Source of the DNA: Deltaproteobacteria bacterium
Lineage (GTDB): Bacteria; Bacteroidota; Bacteroidia; Chitinophagales; Saprospiraceae
Assembly: GCA_050258615.1 (NCBI GenBank)
Contig: JBLMZC010000021.1
Span: 12,404 to 76,403 of the forward strand
Direction: 5' to 3'
DNA: 64,000 nt
The notes under the pieces: generated by a model
Told to the model about the DNA's origin: nothing
Databases searched by the model: none
The model's input: only the letters and a program-made list of their open reading frames with translations
In this document: piece after piece, positions 1 to 10,388 of the stretch
Layout: each line of letters begins with the position of its first letter
How positions within the stretch are numbered: position 1 is the stretch's first letter
Made by a program: the position numbers and the translations under genes

Positions 1-378
1 AACAGGAAAAAAATCGATATGAAACTGACCAATGAAATTGTCAGTAAAATCTCAAAACACACCACCAGGGAAATAAGTGTTGAAAATATTCAGAATGAAG
101 TGTGTGAGTTCTTCAATATTTCCCTTGACAAACTTAAGGGAAAGGACAGGCACAGGTATATTACAGAGGCTCGTCAAATTGCTATATATTTTTCAAAGAA
201 AATGACTGAACACTCATTGAAGGAAATTGGAATTCAGTTTGGAGGAAAAGATCATACCACTGTCCTTCATTCAATAAAAACGGTGAAGGACCTTATGGAA
301 AATGATCCGGTTTTCAATGATAATGTAGTGAAACTGGAACATAAACTTGAAAATGGTTTGATTAAAATGTCAATATGA
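1..378 (+). CDS. dnaA: Chromosomal replication initiator DnaA, C-terminal DNA-binding domain (5' part lies upstream of the window)
   Basis: Frame 1 is open from base 1, with no stop before the listed ATG at 19. The stretch ITEARQIAIYFSKKMTEHSLKEIGIQFGGKDHTTVLHSIKTV is the DnaA domain IV helix-turn-helix signature. Confidence 0.85.
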   Translation, partial: NRKKIDMKLTNEIVSKISKHTTREISVENIQNEVCEFFNISLDKLKGKDRHRYITEARQIAIYFSKKMTEHSLKEIGIQFGGKDHTTVLHSIKTVKDLMENDPVFNDNVVKLEHKLENGLIKMSI

Positions 379-496
379 TGTCATTTTAATATTTACTTAT
401 CTCTCTGCAGTATTAGCAAATCAGTTAGTAAAGTCCATTTAAGAAAAGAAACAAAATAAAATTCCCTGCGTTATATTATTTTAATGCAATAGTTAT

Positions 497-1480
497 ATGT
501 CACAAAAGATATTTCTGCTGGTTATTTCAATTATTATGTTTTTTGGTTGTAATAATGAAATTGACCTAAATGAAGAATTCAAGGAGATTCCGGTAGTATA
601 TGGAATTTTGAATGCAAAAGATACAGCACAGTATATCAGAATCGAAAGAGTATTCAATGCAGCTGGTGAGTCTGCGCTCGATCTTGCCAGGAATGCTGAT
701 TCATTATATTACAAAAATATTACAGTAATATTGAAGGACTCCCTGGCAGGCAAAGAATTTGTTCTTGACAGAGTTGACGGAAATACAGATAAAAGAGTAA
801 GGGAAAATGGGATATTCGCAACTGCACCTAACTATCTGTATAAAATAAAAACAAATAAAATCGGAATCAAACCCGGAAGAAAATACATTCTCAGCATTTT
901 TGACAAAAATCAGGCTTTATTGACCAAGGGAGCAGTGACAATTGTTGATGATATGTCAATCTATTTACCAGCTTCAAATGAAAAGCCCATTAAACTGGCA
1001 TATTTTTCATATGTCAATGTAAACTGGGAAGGGGGGAACAATGCAGGATATTATGATGTATTGATAAGTTTCAATATAAAAGAGAAAGATAATTCCGGCT
1101 CCGGTACCTGGACGGATAAAGTATATACCTGGAAAGCAGGAACATTTATTTCAGAACAGAAATTGAGGTTGACGGGGGAAGATTTTTATAAATTTCTCGG
1201 TTCAGCCATCGAAACAAAAGAAAATGTAAAAAGAAGGTTCACAGGATTTGATATTACAGTTAGAGGCATTGGTAAAGAACTGAAGGATTTTATAGATATA
1301 CTGCATTTTGACAGTGGGATAACATCATCACAGCAAATACCGACCTATACGAATCTTTCATATGGATATGGTGTTTTATCATCTCAGAATTCAGTAATTT
1401 CAAAAGGTTTTTTGCTTGATGAAGTAGCCAGGGACTCACTTTTTAAAGGAGTTTATACCAAACGACTAAATTTTGAATAA
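497..1480 (+). CDS. Hypothetical lipoprotein (possibly DUF4249-like)
   Basis: The N-terminus MSQKIFLLVISIIMFFGCNNE is a signal peptide with a lipobox Cys. No catalytic motif recognised. Confidence 0.5.
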   Translation: MSQKIFLLVISIIMFFGCNNEIDLNEEFKEIPVVYGILNAKDTAQYIRIERVFNAAGESALDLARNADSLYYKNITVILKDSLAGKEFVLDRVDGNTDKRVRENGIFATAPNYLYKIKTNKIGIKPGRKYILSIFDKNQALLTKGAVTIVDDMSIYLPASNEKPIKLAYFSYVNVNWEGGNNAGYYDVLISFNIKEKDNSGSGTWTDKVYTWKAGTFISEQKLRLTGEDFYKFLGSAIETKENVKRRFTGFDITVRGIGKELKDFIDILHFDSGITSSQQIPTYTNLSYGYGVLSSQNSVISKGFLLDEVARDSLFKGVYTKRLNFE

Positions 1481-1503
1481 ATACGCGTTAATATTTTCCC
1501 TTA

Positions 1504-2553
1504 ATGAATAAATGGAAAAGTTATACAAGTTTAATCAAAATAAAAGGCCACATTTATGATTTAAGTCTATCACGAAATCTTGATTCAATCCGGAGTTCAG
1601 GAATTGATGATGAGATAATCAATTTCATTGAACTATGGATTTCTGACATTGATCATATAGAACAGCGCACTTCAGGGACCACCGGAGAGCCAAAAATCAT
1701 AAAGATCCATAAAGATATAATGGTATTCAGTGCTAAAAATACCGGTAAGTTTTTACATCTAAAACCAAATGACAGGGCGCTTCTTTGTTTACCTGTTGAT
1801 TTTATAGCCGGCAAAATGATGATTGTCAGGGCATTGGTTTTAGGATTAGATCTTGATTATCAAAAACCTGTGGGGACTATAAAATTAGCTGAAAAAATAG
1901 AGTTTTGTGCTATGACACCCTTTCAGCTTCTTAACTCAATTGAAAACGGTACCTTAAACAAAATAAAAAAGCTGATTGTAGGTGGGGCACCTGTTAGCGA
2001 AGCATTATTAGAAAAGCTTCAGCAATTCACTACCTCAGTTTATGAAACCTATGGTATGACTGAGACTGCAAGCCATATTGCACTGAAAAAGCTCAATGGA
2101 CCAGACAGAACTGATCACTTCATGCTTATGGATGGAATCGATATTAAGACTAACCATGAATCTCAACTTATTATAACTTCAAAAGGGTTAAAAATAAAAA
2201 ACCTGCTTACAAATGATATCGTAAGAATTTCAGGACGGGATTTATTTAAATGGATTGGCAGAAAAGACAATGTGATCAATTCAGGCGGAATAAAATTGTA
2301 TCCCGAATTGATTGAATCAAAACTTAAAAGTGAATTTCCTAATGATTTTTTCATATTCGGGTTACTTAATGACCGATTTGGACAATCACCTGCTATAGTA
2401 ATTGAAGGAGTTACTGATATCGATCTTGAGGCCCTATTCAAACGTAAACTTGAAAAATATGAAATTCCCGTAAAGGTATTTAATATCAATAATTTTGTCA
2501 GAACTGTTTCAGGAAAAATCAACAGGAATGCTACTATTGAAAATTTATTATGA
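1504..2553 (+). CDS. AMP-dependent synthetase/ligase, short MenE-like (O-succinylbenzoate-CoA ligase family)
   Basis: Adenylate-forming motifs TSGTTGEPK, YETYGMTETAS and GRKDNVINSGGIKLYPELIE. The ~350 aa size is typical of Bacteroidota MenE-like ligases. Confidence 0.65.
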   Translation: MNKWKSYTSLIKIKGHIYDLSLSRNLDSIRSSGIDDEIINFIELWISDIDHIEQRTSGTTGEPKIIKIHKDIMVFSAKNTGKFLHLKPNDRALLCLPVDFIAGKMMIVRALVLGLDLDYQKPVGTIKLAEKIEFCAMTPFQLLNSIENGTLNKIKKLIVGGAPVSEALLEKLQQFTTSVYETYGMTETASHIALKKLNGPDRTDHFMLMDGIDIKTNHESQLIITSKGLKIKNLLTNDIVRISGRDLFKWIGRKDNVINSGGIKLYPELIESKLKSEFPNDFFIFGLLNDRFGQSPAIVIEGVTDIDLEALFKRKLEKYEIPVKVFNINNFVRTVSGKINRNATIENLL

Positions 2554-2718
2554 AATAGCAATTATTTAAATCTTCCCACGTAGTGTTTTAATTTCATCAG
2601 GAGATTATGCAATATGTGCTAAGCAGAAATAATATTTTATACCGACATGAAATTGAAAATAGTACTGACATTTGCAGTCAGAACAAATCCGATTTAAGAA
2701 CCCCAATTCCCCCAATTT

Positions 2719-2830
2719 CAGTCGGCATTATATTTTAAATGCTGACCAAAGTGCCTGTACTGACCAAAGTGTCAGTGTCAGTGTCAGTGTCACGATGCTG
2801 ACCGAAGTGTCAGCACCAAATTATTGGAAT
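2719..2830 (-). repeat. D-family mosaic repeat element, reverse orientation, short array
   Basis: tcggcattatattttaaatgctgaccaaagtgcctgtactgaccaaagtgtcagtgtcagtgtcagtgtcac is the reverse complement of the scaffold plus 18-mer and hexamer arrays seen at 28831-29047, 29111-29380 and 57265-57420. Confidence 0.8.
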
Positions 2831-2864
2831 ATAAATGAATTTGGTATTAAATACCTGCTCTTAA

Positions 2865-3860
2865 CTACTTTTTATTCTCAATTATCAAAGTATATTTTCC
2901 ACATTGCTCTTTTTGGGCAGAATATTCTTCTTCCCATACAAATCTACCTATATAATCTGTTGCAAGTTTTATTGCTTTTTTATCTTTTATGGTACTTCCA
3001 TTATTGATAAAATCCACAAATGTTGATCTTCCTTTTCTGTCAATACAAATTTTAAATACCATTCTCCCGGACTGATTGAGTTTTAATTCGCTTAAAAGAG
3101 GTCGCTTGATTGGCTGCCTTCCGAATATCCCTTTTCCCGAACCATCAAATACACCGGTCCCAGGTCCTCCTGTACCTTTTCCTGATGATGCGTCATCACC
3201 ACTTTTATCATTGCCACTTCCGCTGCCTTTATTGCCCTGCCCTGTCCCTGATCCGTCACTATTGGATGAAGATGCTGAACCTGAACCAGGGCCTGAGGCT
3301 TTTCCTGTTCCGGTTCCTGCACCTGATCCCTTGTTATTAGAAGACTTGTTGCCCGGAACTGCTTCCGGAATGTCATCTTCTTCAGAATTTACGACTACTT
3401 TTGAACTCTTTTTACTGGAACTTGATTTTGACCTGGGTATTTCATTCATTTCAAGTTCAGCCTCACTGGAAGCAAATACATCGGTCTGTTTCTCATAAAT
3501 ATCGGACTCTACTTTTGATGACGATGATTTCGATGCAGGAGTGGAAACCTTAGGCTGAGGCACCTGGCGGGTTGGGTTACTTACCTTAACTTCTCTTGAT
3601 GATGATCCTCCTACGAGTTCTGCTTCCTGATGTTTAGGTCTTTGAGCTCCTTCAGCTGACCTTCCCTTAAAACTATTCGAGGCCCCCCTATTATCAAATG
3701 TAATCTCTATAGCATATTGTTTTTCAATAGCTTTACTTGGTTTTGTATGTGAAAAAGACAGAAGTGCCAAAAGTAAAATAAGAATATGAAATATAATGGA
3801 TATTACAATACCCTTACGTTTATTCTCTTGCTCCTTGTATAAATAGCCTGAATTCATCAT
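2865..3860 (-). CDS. TonB-family energy transducer-like protein with long Ser/Gly-rich linker
   Basis: N-terminal membrane anchor KGIVISIIFHILILLLALLSF, then a low-complexity S/G/P linker and a compact C-terminal domain (GRMVFKICIDRKGRSTFVDF). Confidence 0.55.
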   Translation of the reverse strand: MMNSGYLYKEQENKRKGIVISIIFHILILLLALLSFSHTKPSKAIEKQYAIEITFDNRGASNSFKGRSAEGAQRPKHQEAELVGGSSSREVKVSNPTRQVPQPKVSTPASKSSSSKVESDIYEKQTDVFASSEAELEMNEIPRSKSSSSKKSSKVVVNSEEDDIPEAVPGNKSSNNKGSGAGTGTGKASGPGSGSASSSNSDGSGTGQGNKGSGSGNDKSGDDASSGKGTGGPGTGVFDGSGKGIFGRQPIKRPLLSELKLNQSGRMVFKICIDRKGRSTFVDFINNGSTIKDKKAIKLATDYIGRFVWEEEYSAQKEQCGKYTLIIENKK

Positions 3861-4011
3861 ATTAAGTTTTCTTTACAACGAAAATAATTTATTAATATTA
3901 AAATAAACTCTTAAAAAATTAATTATTAAATTAACATTAACAAAATGCAAATTTAAAAAAACTTCCTATTTTTACAAATTATTATTATATTTAATATATA
4001 AAACAAATAAA

Positions 4012-6261
4012 ATGAAAAACTTTTTTGCCATTTTTTTATATATGATCACATTCACAGTTTCAGAATCTCAAAGTATTTCAAGACTGCATTGCGATGTTAC
4101 CATTGATGAAAAATTGCTTGAGAATGCTTTTTCAGGAGGCTTAAACAGCCCTCAATTCAACACGATGGATATCAATAAAGATGGAAAGTATGATCTGATA
4201 GTCTTCGACCGCGTGGGAAATAAGCTGAATGTTTTTATTATGAACGATGAAAATGACTATGAATTTGCACCTCATTATAATTCAATTTTTCCTGAACTTT
4301 CAGGGTGGATGCTTTTGATTGACTATAATGGTGATGGTAATGAAGATATATTTGCCTCGAAAAACGGAGGTTTTGAAGTATGGAAAAGTTTAGTCAGTGG
4401 AAACCTGATAAAGTTCGAAAAGATAAAAAACTCTAAATATGGTGAAGATATTCTTACGTATAAAGATTCAAATGGTCAGATAATGCTTCAGTGTGATAAT
4501 TCTGATATACCATCTGTAGTAGATCTGGATTCAGATGGCGATTTTGATATACTCAGTTTTGCAGGCACCAATTCGATTTATCATTATAAAAATCTTACTT
4601 CAGAAAATAATATCTCCAAAGACAGTTTCAGGTTTGTACTGGCAGAAACCTGCTGGGGAAAATTTATTGAACACCCGCTGAATGAAACAATATTGCTGAG
4701 CGAAGATCCTGACAGATGTGCAGAGTGGGGATTTGCGAATCCCAGGCATATAGGTTCTACTATGATGACATTCGACAGGGATAATGACGGTGACTATGAT
4801 ATAATACTTGGTGATGTAGGGTCAGAAAAAGTGAATTTTATAAAAAACGGGGGAAATAAATATCAGGCATGGGGAACTGAATTAGAAGCTGGATTCCCAG
4901 AAAACGATATCCCTGTTGATCTGTACACTTTTATAGGAATTTTTCAGCCTGATATTGATGGTGATGGGAAAAGAGACCTCATCTTTGCTCCTAATGCGAT
5001 AAGTAATGAACCATTTCCTCAAACAATAAATAATATTCATTTCTATAAAAATATATCTTCGGGACAAAATGCTGAGTTTGAATATGTGACCGATAAATTC
5101 CTTTCAGAATCAATGATTGACCTTGGTGGACGTGTTTATCCGGTATTTGTTGATATTGACAATGACGGACTCACAGATTTGATAGCTGGTACAGGTCCGG
5201 TGGTTGATAATGATACAATATTACCATCTCATCTGGTACTATTCAAAAATGTGGGCACAAAATCGGTTCCCGTCTTTAAATTGACAGATAGTGATTTTTT
5301 ATCATTTTCCAGTATCAGTAAAAACCTGCAGCTCAATTATTTTGCTCCATCTTTCGGAGACATCGACAATGATGGTGACGATGATCTACTCGTTGGAAAT
5401 CATGAAGGTACCTTAATATTCATGGAAAATATATCAACATCAGACGAACTACCAAAATTCGCTGAACCAATAATGAATTATAAAAATTTGATCATTCAGA
5501 GTTTTTCTGCCCCATTGATAATTGATGTAAACAAAGATGGCCTGAAGGATATATTGATAGGTTGTGGTCAGGATTTTCATACACCACTCAAATATTACGG
5601 CAGCATAGTCTATTTCCAGAATAAAGGAATTACTGGATCGCCTGATTTTGAATCAGATCCATTTATGCTCCCAAATACTCCTGAATTTGGGAATATAAAA
5701 CTAAGCAATGCATATCTGAATACTTCAAATGCATATTTGAGTAGTTATACTGACTCTGATGATGAATATCTTATAGCAGGTAATTATTTTGGCAAGGTCA
5801 ATATATACACAGATTTGTCAAAAAGCATTTATCAGACCAATACACCTTTATATAAGGACTATGGCAGTATTAACATAGGTAGCAATGCCGCTCCTTCAGT
5901 TGCTGACATTGATGACGACGGTTATCTGGAAATGATAATTGGCACTCCAAGAGGCGGATTTGAATTATGGGATACTGATATTAAAGTAAAAGGAAAGGTC
6001 AGTACAAATGATATAAATTATTATTTTAATGTGTATCCTAATCCTTTTCAATCATATATAAATATAGATAATAATATATATGAAAATTCATTTGCAAAAG
6101 TCACTTTATATGATATTTTTGGCAGGCCGGTGGTTAATCAAATTATTAGCCCTGGAAATAATAAAATCAATACAAATAAGTTATCTTGTGGAACTTATTT
6201 TTTAAAAATCAGGTTAAAAGATAAAATCATTAATTACAAATTTATTAAATCCATTTTTTAA
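4012..6261 (+). CDS. FG-GAP/VCBS repeat protein, T9SS cargo
   Basis: Signal peptide. About nine D-x-D/N-x-D-G-x-x-D repeats (DINKDGKYDLIV, DLDSDGDFDIL, DIDNDGDDDLLVGN and others). C-terminal T9SS sorting domain (YPNPFQSYINID...VTLYDIFGRPV...GTYFLKIRL). Confidence 0.75.
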   Translation: MKNFFAIFLYMITFTVSESQSISRLHCDVTIDEKLLENAFSGGLNSPQFNTMDINKDGKYDLIVFDRVGNKLNVFIMNDENDYEFAPHYNSIFPELSGWMLLIDYNGDGNEDIFASKNGGFEVWKSLVSGNLIKFEKIKNSKYGEDILTYKDSNGQIMLQCDNSDIPSVVDLDSDGDFDILSFAGTNSIYHYKNLTSENNISKDSFRFVLAETCWGKFIEHPLNETILLSEDPDRCAEWGFANPRHIGSTMMTFDRDNDGDYDIILGDVGSEKVNFIKNGGNKYQAWGTELEAGFPENDIPVDLYTFIGIFQPDIDGDGKRDLIFAPNAISNEPFPQTINNIHFYKNISSGQNAEFEYVTDKFLSESMIDLGGRVYPVFVDIDNDGLTDLIAGTGPVVDNDTILPSHLVLFKNVGTKSVPVFKLTDSDFLSFSSISKNLQLNYFAPSFGDIDNDGDDDLLVGNHEGTLIFMENISTSDELPKFAEPIMNYKNLIIQSFSAPLIIDVNKDGLKDILIGCGQDFHTPLKYYGSIVYFQNKGITGSPDFESDPFMLPNTPEFGNIKLSNAYLNTSNAYLSSYTDSDDEYLIAGNYFGKVNIYTDLSKSIYQTNTPLYKDYGSINIGSNAAPSVADIDDDGYLEMIIGTPRGGFELWDTDIKVKGKVSTNDINYYFNVYPNPFQSYINIDNNIYENSFAKVTLYDIFGRPVVNQIISPGNNKINTNKLSCGTYFLKIRLKDKIINYKFIKSIF

Positions 6262-6271
6262 AACAATCAAA

Positions 6272-6976
6272 ATGAAAAAAAACATTTTATTATTATTGAC
6301 ACTATTTGTATTTGCAGGATTTTCATTAACTGCTCAGGAGTTGAATAAAGCTTATATGAAATTTGAGGTAACGGATGTAAAATCTGAATCTGCTGATGAC
6401 CCAAATGCGGGAATGATGACCAATGCACTGAAAGGAACCATTACTAAAGTTTATTTTGACGGGCCGAAATCAATAACCAAAATCTCAATGATGGGAGGCA
6501 TGGTAAGTACTAAGATATTGACTGACAAATCAGGAAATTCAGAAATGTACATGGATGCTATGGGTCAAAAAATCCTGACAAAAATGACCAAAGCAGAAAT
6601 CGAAAAGATGCAGAAAGAAGAGGGTAACAAAATTGAATATGTACATCACAAAGAAAAAACAAAAGAGATACTTGGATACAAAGCTCATCTTGTTACTGTG
6701 AAAGACGCATCAGGTAAGATGGAGGGAGCTGACATGCAATTTTGGGTTACTGATCAAATAAAAACAAATGCAGTTGTCAGTCAGGGTGTTGACAATGATC
6801 TTATTGGTGGGTTTCCGTTGGAAATAACTGTCTCCGTACCAAAGCAATTCAGCATGACTACCACTTTAACTGAATTAAAAAAAGACTTCGATGCTTCAGT
6901 ATTTGAATTTGATAAAAAAGGATACAAGGAAATGAGTATGGAAGAACTGAAAAATATGGGAATGGGAGGTTTTTAA
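6272..6976 (+). CDS. Hypothetical secreted protein
   Basis: Signal peptide MKKNILLLLTLFVFAGFSLTAQ. No recognisable motif. Confidence 0.5.
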   Translation: MKKNILLLLTLFVFAGFSLTAQELNKAYMKFEVTDVKSESADDPNAGMMTNALKGTITKVYFDGPKSITKISMMGGMVSTKILTDKSGNSEMYMDAMGQKILTKMTKAEIEKMQKEEGNKIEYVHHKEKTKEILGYKAHLVTVKDASGKMEGADMQFWVTDQIKTNAVVSQGVDNDLIGGFPLEITVSVPKQFSMTTTLTELKKDFDASVFEFDKKGYKEMSMEELKNMGMGGF

Positions 6977-7962
6977 AAAGCATCCTTCAATACAGAATAA
7001 AGGTCAAACAACTGATTTTGCGTGTGGCCTGAATTTAAAACGATCCTCTGAATCAGGGGGTCGTTTTTTGTTGGGTACCTGAATGAAGAAATGATCATAT
7101 TCTTTTTTTTCAGTAACTTATTATCACAATGTTGATTACACAAAAACACAGGAAAATCATCGATATATTTAAAATAACCCGAATCACTGCTCAGCTGTCT
7201 GAAATAAACAATATTCTCTCTCAACTTAAAAAGTTCTTCCTGATAAATCTTTCCGGATTCAAGAAGTGCATGAAAAAAGAAAGGAGGAGATGGAGAAGCC
7301 CCACCCCATAAAGTTGAATTTCGCAAAGCTGAAATTATTCTTCCATTGCCTGAAATCAGACCACCCCGAATACCATATGCTTTTGCCAAAGAAGCTACAA
7401 TTACAAAGTCCAGATTATTTTCTTTCATCATGGTACTGAATCCTTTTCCTTCCTGTCCGATAATTCCAAGACCATGGCTATCATCAATCACGAATGTAAC
7501 ATCTCTGCAATCTTTAAACCGGATCAGCTTTTCTGAATTAAGGCAATTCAAAGTTGATGGATTTATGGAGTTAACCAAAATATACTTATGAAATTTATTT
7601 TTTGAAAGCCTCAATTTCGTATTAAGATTATTAATATCATCGAACACCTCATATTTCATTCTACTTGCCAACAATGATGGATGAACATCATACCCGGCAA
7701 ATATCTCAATATTTGATATTTCTGAAAGATGAGAAGTAAGTAATACCCCGGCGAGAGTTCCCGACGAGGTAATAAGACTATCTTCAGTGCCAAGGAAATC
7801 CGAAAAATACTTTTCAGCTTCATCATATACCGGGGGACACATATTATTGAATCTTGAACCCCCGAAATTAAGTCCATACTTTTGAATTCCGGATTGGATA
7901 CTTTTTTCAAAAGGCCTATTATCTTTCAAATACAAATAAGATGTGCTACAGAAATCAGGCAT
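6973..7962 (-). CDS. PLP-dependent alpha-oxoamine synthase family protein (BioF/Kbl-like, short form)
   Basis: FVIDDSHGLGIIGQEGKGF and VIVASLAKAYGIRGGLISG resemble the AONS-family Asp/His and PLP-lysine motifs. At 329 aa it is shorter than canonical members. Confidence 0.6.
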   Translation of the reverse strand: MPDFCSTSYLYLKDNRPFEKSIQSGIQKYGLNFGGSRFNNMCPPVYDEAEKYFSDFLGTEDSLITSSGTLAGVLLTSHLSEISNIEIFAGYDVHPSLLASRMKYEVFDDINNLNTKLRLSKNKFHKYILVNSINPSTLNCLNSEKLIRFKDCRDVTFVIDDSHGLGIIGQEGKGFSTMMKENNLDFVIVASLAKAYGIRGGLISGNGRIISALRNSTLWGGASPSPPFFFHALLESGKIYQEELFKLRENIVYFRQLSSDSGYFKYIDDFPVFLCNQHCDNKLLKKKNMIISSFRYPTKNDPLIQRIVLNSGHTQNQLFDLYSVLKDAF

Positions 7963-7971
7963 AGATGATTC

Positions 7972-8991
7972 TTAAAATTCTGAAAACATCACAGCGCCTG
8001 TTCCAGGGCGTTCAGACAGAGTTATTTTGCCAAAATCAATTTCATGAGCTGATGCTATATCATTTTTCAAAAGCAGAGCCCCGTCCATATCAACATAGTC
8101 AAGATAAGGCAAAAGCTGACCAACGGCTGCTATGCCCACTGAAGATTCTGTCATACAACCCACCATTGTTTTTAGACCGAGTTTTCTGGCTTCAAGTATC
8201 ATTTTTCTAGCCGGGGTCAGACCACCTGCTTTGACCAGTTTAACGTTGATTCCATGAAACCTGTTAACACACTTCTGAAGATCGTCAAAAGTTCTGCATG
8301 CTTCATCTGCAATAAGGGGAAGAACTGAATTTGAATAGACTTCTTCCATTTCATCCCACTTGTCAGCAGGCAATGGTTGTTCAATAAATTCTACTCCGAG
8401 ATCTCTTAATTTCAATGAATTTTTTATGGTATTGGAAACATTCCATCCTGTATTGGCATCAACCCTGAATTTAGCATCAGTTATAGTTCTGAGTTCAGTT
8501 ATAATTTCAATATCGTGTTTGGTTCCAAGTTTTACTTTGTACAAAGGCCATGGCATCTCGCGAACTTTATCCTTCATAACCTCAATAGTATCTATACCTA
8601 TTGTAAAATTGGTAAGTGGAAGGTCGGTGTTATCCATTCCCCAAATCCTGTATAATGGCTTTCCAGTTATTTTCCCGTACAGGTCATTTGCTGCTATATC
8701 GATTGCACAATGCAAAAATCTTTTTTTATCAAGATGCTGATTCATTGCATCCCAAAACAATTCGGGATCAGTCAGTTCAAAGTTTTCAATTAAAGGCCTG
8801 ATATTTTCAAGATCTTTTTGCATTCCTTCTGTGGTAAAACCATAATAAGGATCAGCCACAGCTTCTCCGTAGCCACAATGACCATCGTGTTCAAGCTTTA
8901 CAATCAAAGTTTTCTGAACTGAATAACTGTTTCTTGAAATCCCAAAGACATGTTTTAAATCAAGTGAGAAAATTTTTGAACTGACTTTCAT
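7972..8991 (-). CDS. Dipeptide (L-Ala-D/L-Glu) epimerase, enolase superfamily
   Basis: Pattern typical of the MR/MLE subgroup: KVKLG, FRVDANTGW, FIEQPL, PLIADEA, NVKLVKAGGLT, MVGCMTESSVGIAA, DMDGALLL. Confidence 0.8.
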   Translation of the reverse strand: MKVSSKIFSLDLKHVFGISRNSYSVQKTLIVKLEHDGHCGYGEAVADPYYGFTTEGMQKDLENIRPLIENFELTDPELFWDAMNQHLDKKRFLHCAIDIAANDLYGKITGKPLYRIWGMDNTDLPLTNFTIGIDTIEVMKDKVREMPWPLYKVKLGTKHDIEIITELRTITDAKFRVDANTGWNVSNTIKNSLKLRDLGVEFIEQPLPADKWDEMEEVYSNSVLPLIADEACRTFDDLQKCVNRFHGINVKLVKAGGLTPARKMILEARKLGLKTMVGCMTESSVGIAAVGQLLPYLDYVDMDGALLLKNDIASAHEIDFGKITLSERPGTGAVMFSEF

Positions 8992-9340
8992 ATGTACTTT
9001 ATAAATTTAAAATGTTTAATATTTTTTTCCAAATACAAATGTAGATTAAATAAAAAAATTGTCAATTAAATAAAACTGATAAATATCCTTATTTGTATAT
9101 AAAATATATTGGAATGGATTGGGTTTATCTCAAATTTGCAAATTTTTTAAAATTGTCTGGGTAATAACGTGGCCTTACTGGAATCCCACAGAGTTTTGAT
9201 TAGCATTTGGTTACTTAAGTGCAAAAATGGGAAACTCCTTCATGATTACTAAATTAAAAAGATCATCAGGAAATATTTATTTTATACCAGTATTGATCAT
9301 AAAATAAGTTGCTGAATTTTTATAGCATAATAAGAATAAA

Positions 9341-10381
9341 TCAGCTTTCAGCAAGTGCCTTTTCCTTAAAAAATAATATTTGGTTCTCTGTATCAAAACC
9401 AGCTTTTATACCAACAGGTATTGTGCAATGATTATCAATATGCCCAAATGAAAATCCGTAGAACACTGGAATTCCAAGCATACTCAGTCTGTCCACCAGA
9501 GTTTCATTCAGTTGAAGAGTGTTTTTTTCATCAGGTTTAGCTTCGCAACCTTTGAATATCCCAAGGAGTATTCCTGAAGCTTTTTGCAAAAACGATGAGT
9601 CGATCAACTGCGTAAGCATCCTGTCTATTCTGTATGGTTTTTCATCAATATCTTCAATAAATATTATATGATTTTCGGAAGGCATTTGAAATTCTGTGCC
9701 TGCCAATGCTGTTAGCAATGACAAATTACCTCCCATAAGCCTGCCCTCCATTCTACCCGGTACAATTATATTATGCCGTAAAGTATCGCCTGAATCATTA
9801 TCAGCATTTTCAAAATTACCGATAGCTGTAAAATTCTCAAAAAACAGGTTTCTGAAACACCTTATCGTATATTCAGTAAATTCAGAACTTGCGACAGGTC
9901 CATGAAAAGTAATTAAACCGGTTTTACGGTATATAGCAATATGCAGGGCGGTAATATCGCTATACCCTATAAAAACTTTAGGGTTGTTTTTAATAAGGGA
10001 ATAATCGATATTATTGAGTATTCTTGTTGTGCCATACCCTCCCCTTATACACCAAACTGCATCAATTTCCGGATCTGAAAACATCTTGTGAATATCATCT
10101 ACTCTACCCATGTCCTCACCTGCAAGATAGCCATATTTTTTGAATATATTATCACCTGTCTTATAATTAAATCCAAGGCTTTCAAGATTTTTTAATGTCC
10201 TTGAAAATGCCTCTTCTGATATGGGGCTTGCGGGGGTTATCAATCCAATAGTATCACCAGGTTTGAGTTTTTTAGGTTTGATCCTTTTGATTGAACGATA
10301 GGAAGATTGATCCGGATCAATGTTACCAAGTCCGGCAAATCCTGAAAAAGCCAATAGCTTATTGAAAGTGCCCCGCTGCAT
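9341..10381 (-). CDS. LD-carboxypeptidase (peptidase S66, LdcA-like) with N-terminal export-like extension
   Basis: LKPGDTIGLITPASP, GGYGTTRIL, GYSDITALH and FGHIDNHCTIP are S66 family motifs. Confidence 0.8.
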   Translation of the reverse strand: MQRGTFNKLLAFSGFAGLGNIDPDQSSYRSIKRIKPKKLKPGDTIGLITPASPISEEAFSRTLKNLESLGFNYKTGDNIFKKYGYLAGEDMGRVDDIHKMFSDPEIDAVWCIRGGYGTTRILNNIDYSLIKNNPKVFIGYSDITALHIAIYRKTGLITFHGPVASSEFTEYTIRCFRNLFFENFTAIGNFENADNDSGDTLRHNIIVPGRMEGRLMGGNLSLLTALAGTEFQMPSENHIIFIEDIDEKPYRIDRMLTQLIDSSFLQKASGILLGIFKGCEAKPDEKNTLQLNETLVDRLSMLGIPVFYGFSFGHIDNHCTIPVGIKAGFDTENQILFFKEKALAES

Positions 10382-10388
10382 AAAACCT

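Noticed and set aside
379-496. oriC / DnaA-box cluster next to dnaA
   Set aside because: I found no TTATCCACA-like boxes or AT-rich unwinding repeats in this short gap by eye. The origin, if it is dnaA-linked, probably lies upstream of the window.
2672-3007. ORF of 111 aa on the plus strand
   Set aside because: Its first half is the D-family repeat (SVSVSVSV from gtcagt words) and its second half is antisense to the TonB-like gene. Spurious.
3076-3498. Antisense ORFs (3076-3498, 3092-3376, 3110-3340) inside the TonB-like gene
   Set aside because: They lie in the Ser/Gly/Pro low-complexity linker, where all frames stay open. The minus-strand frame carries the membrane anchor and C-terminal domain.
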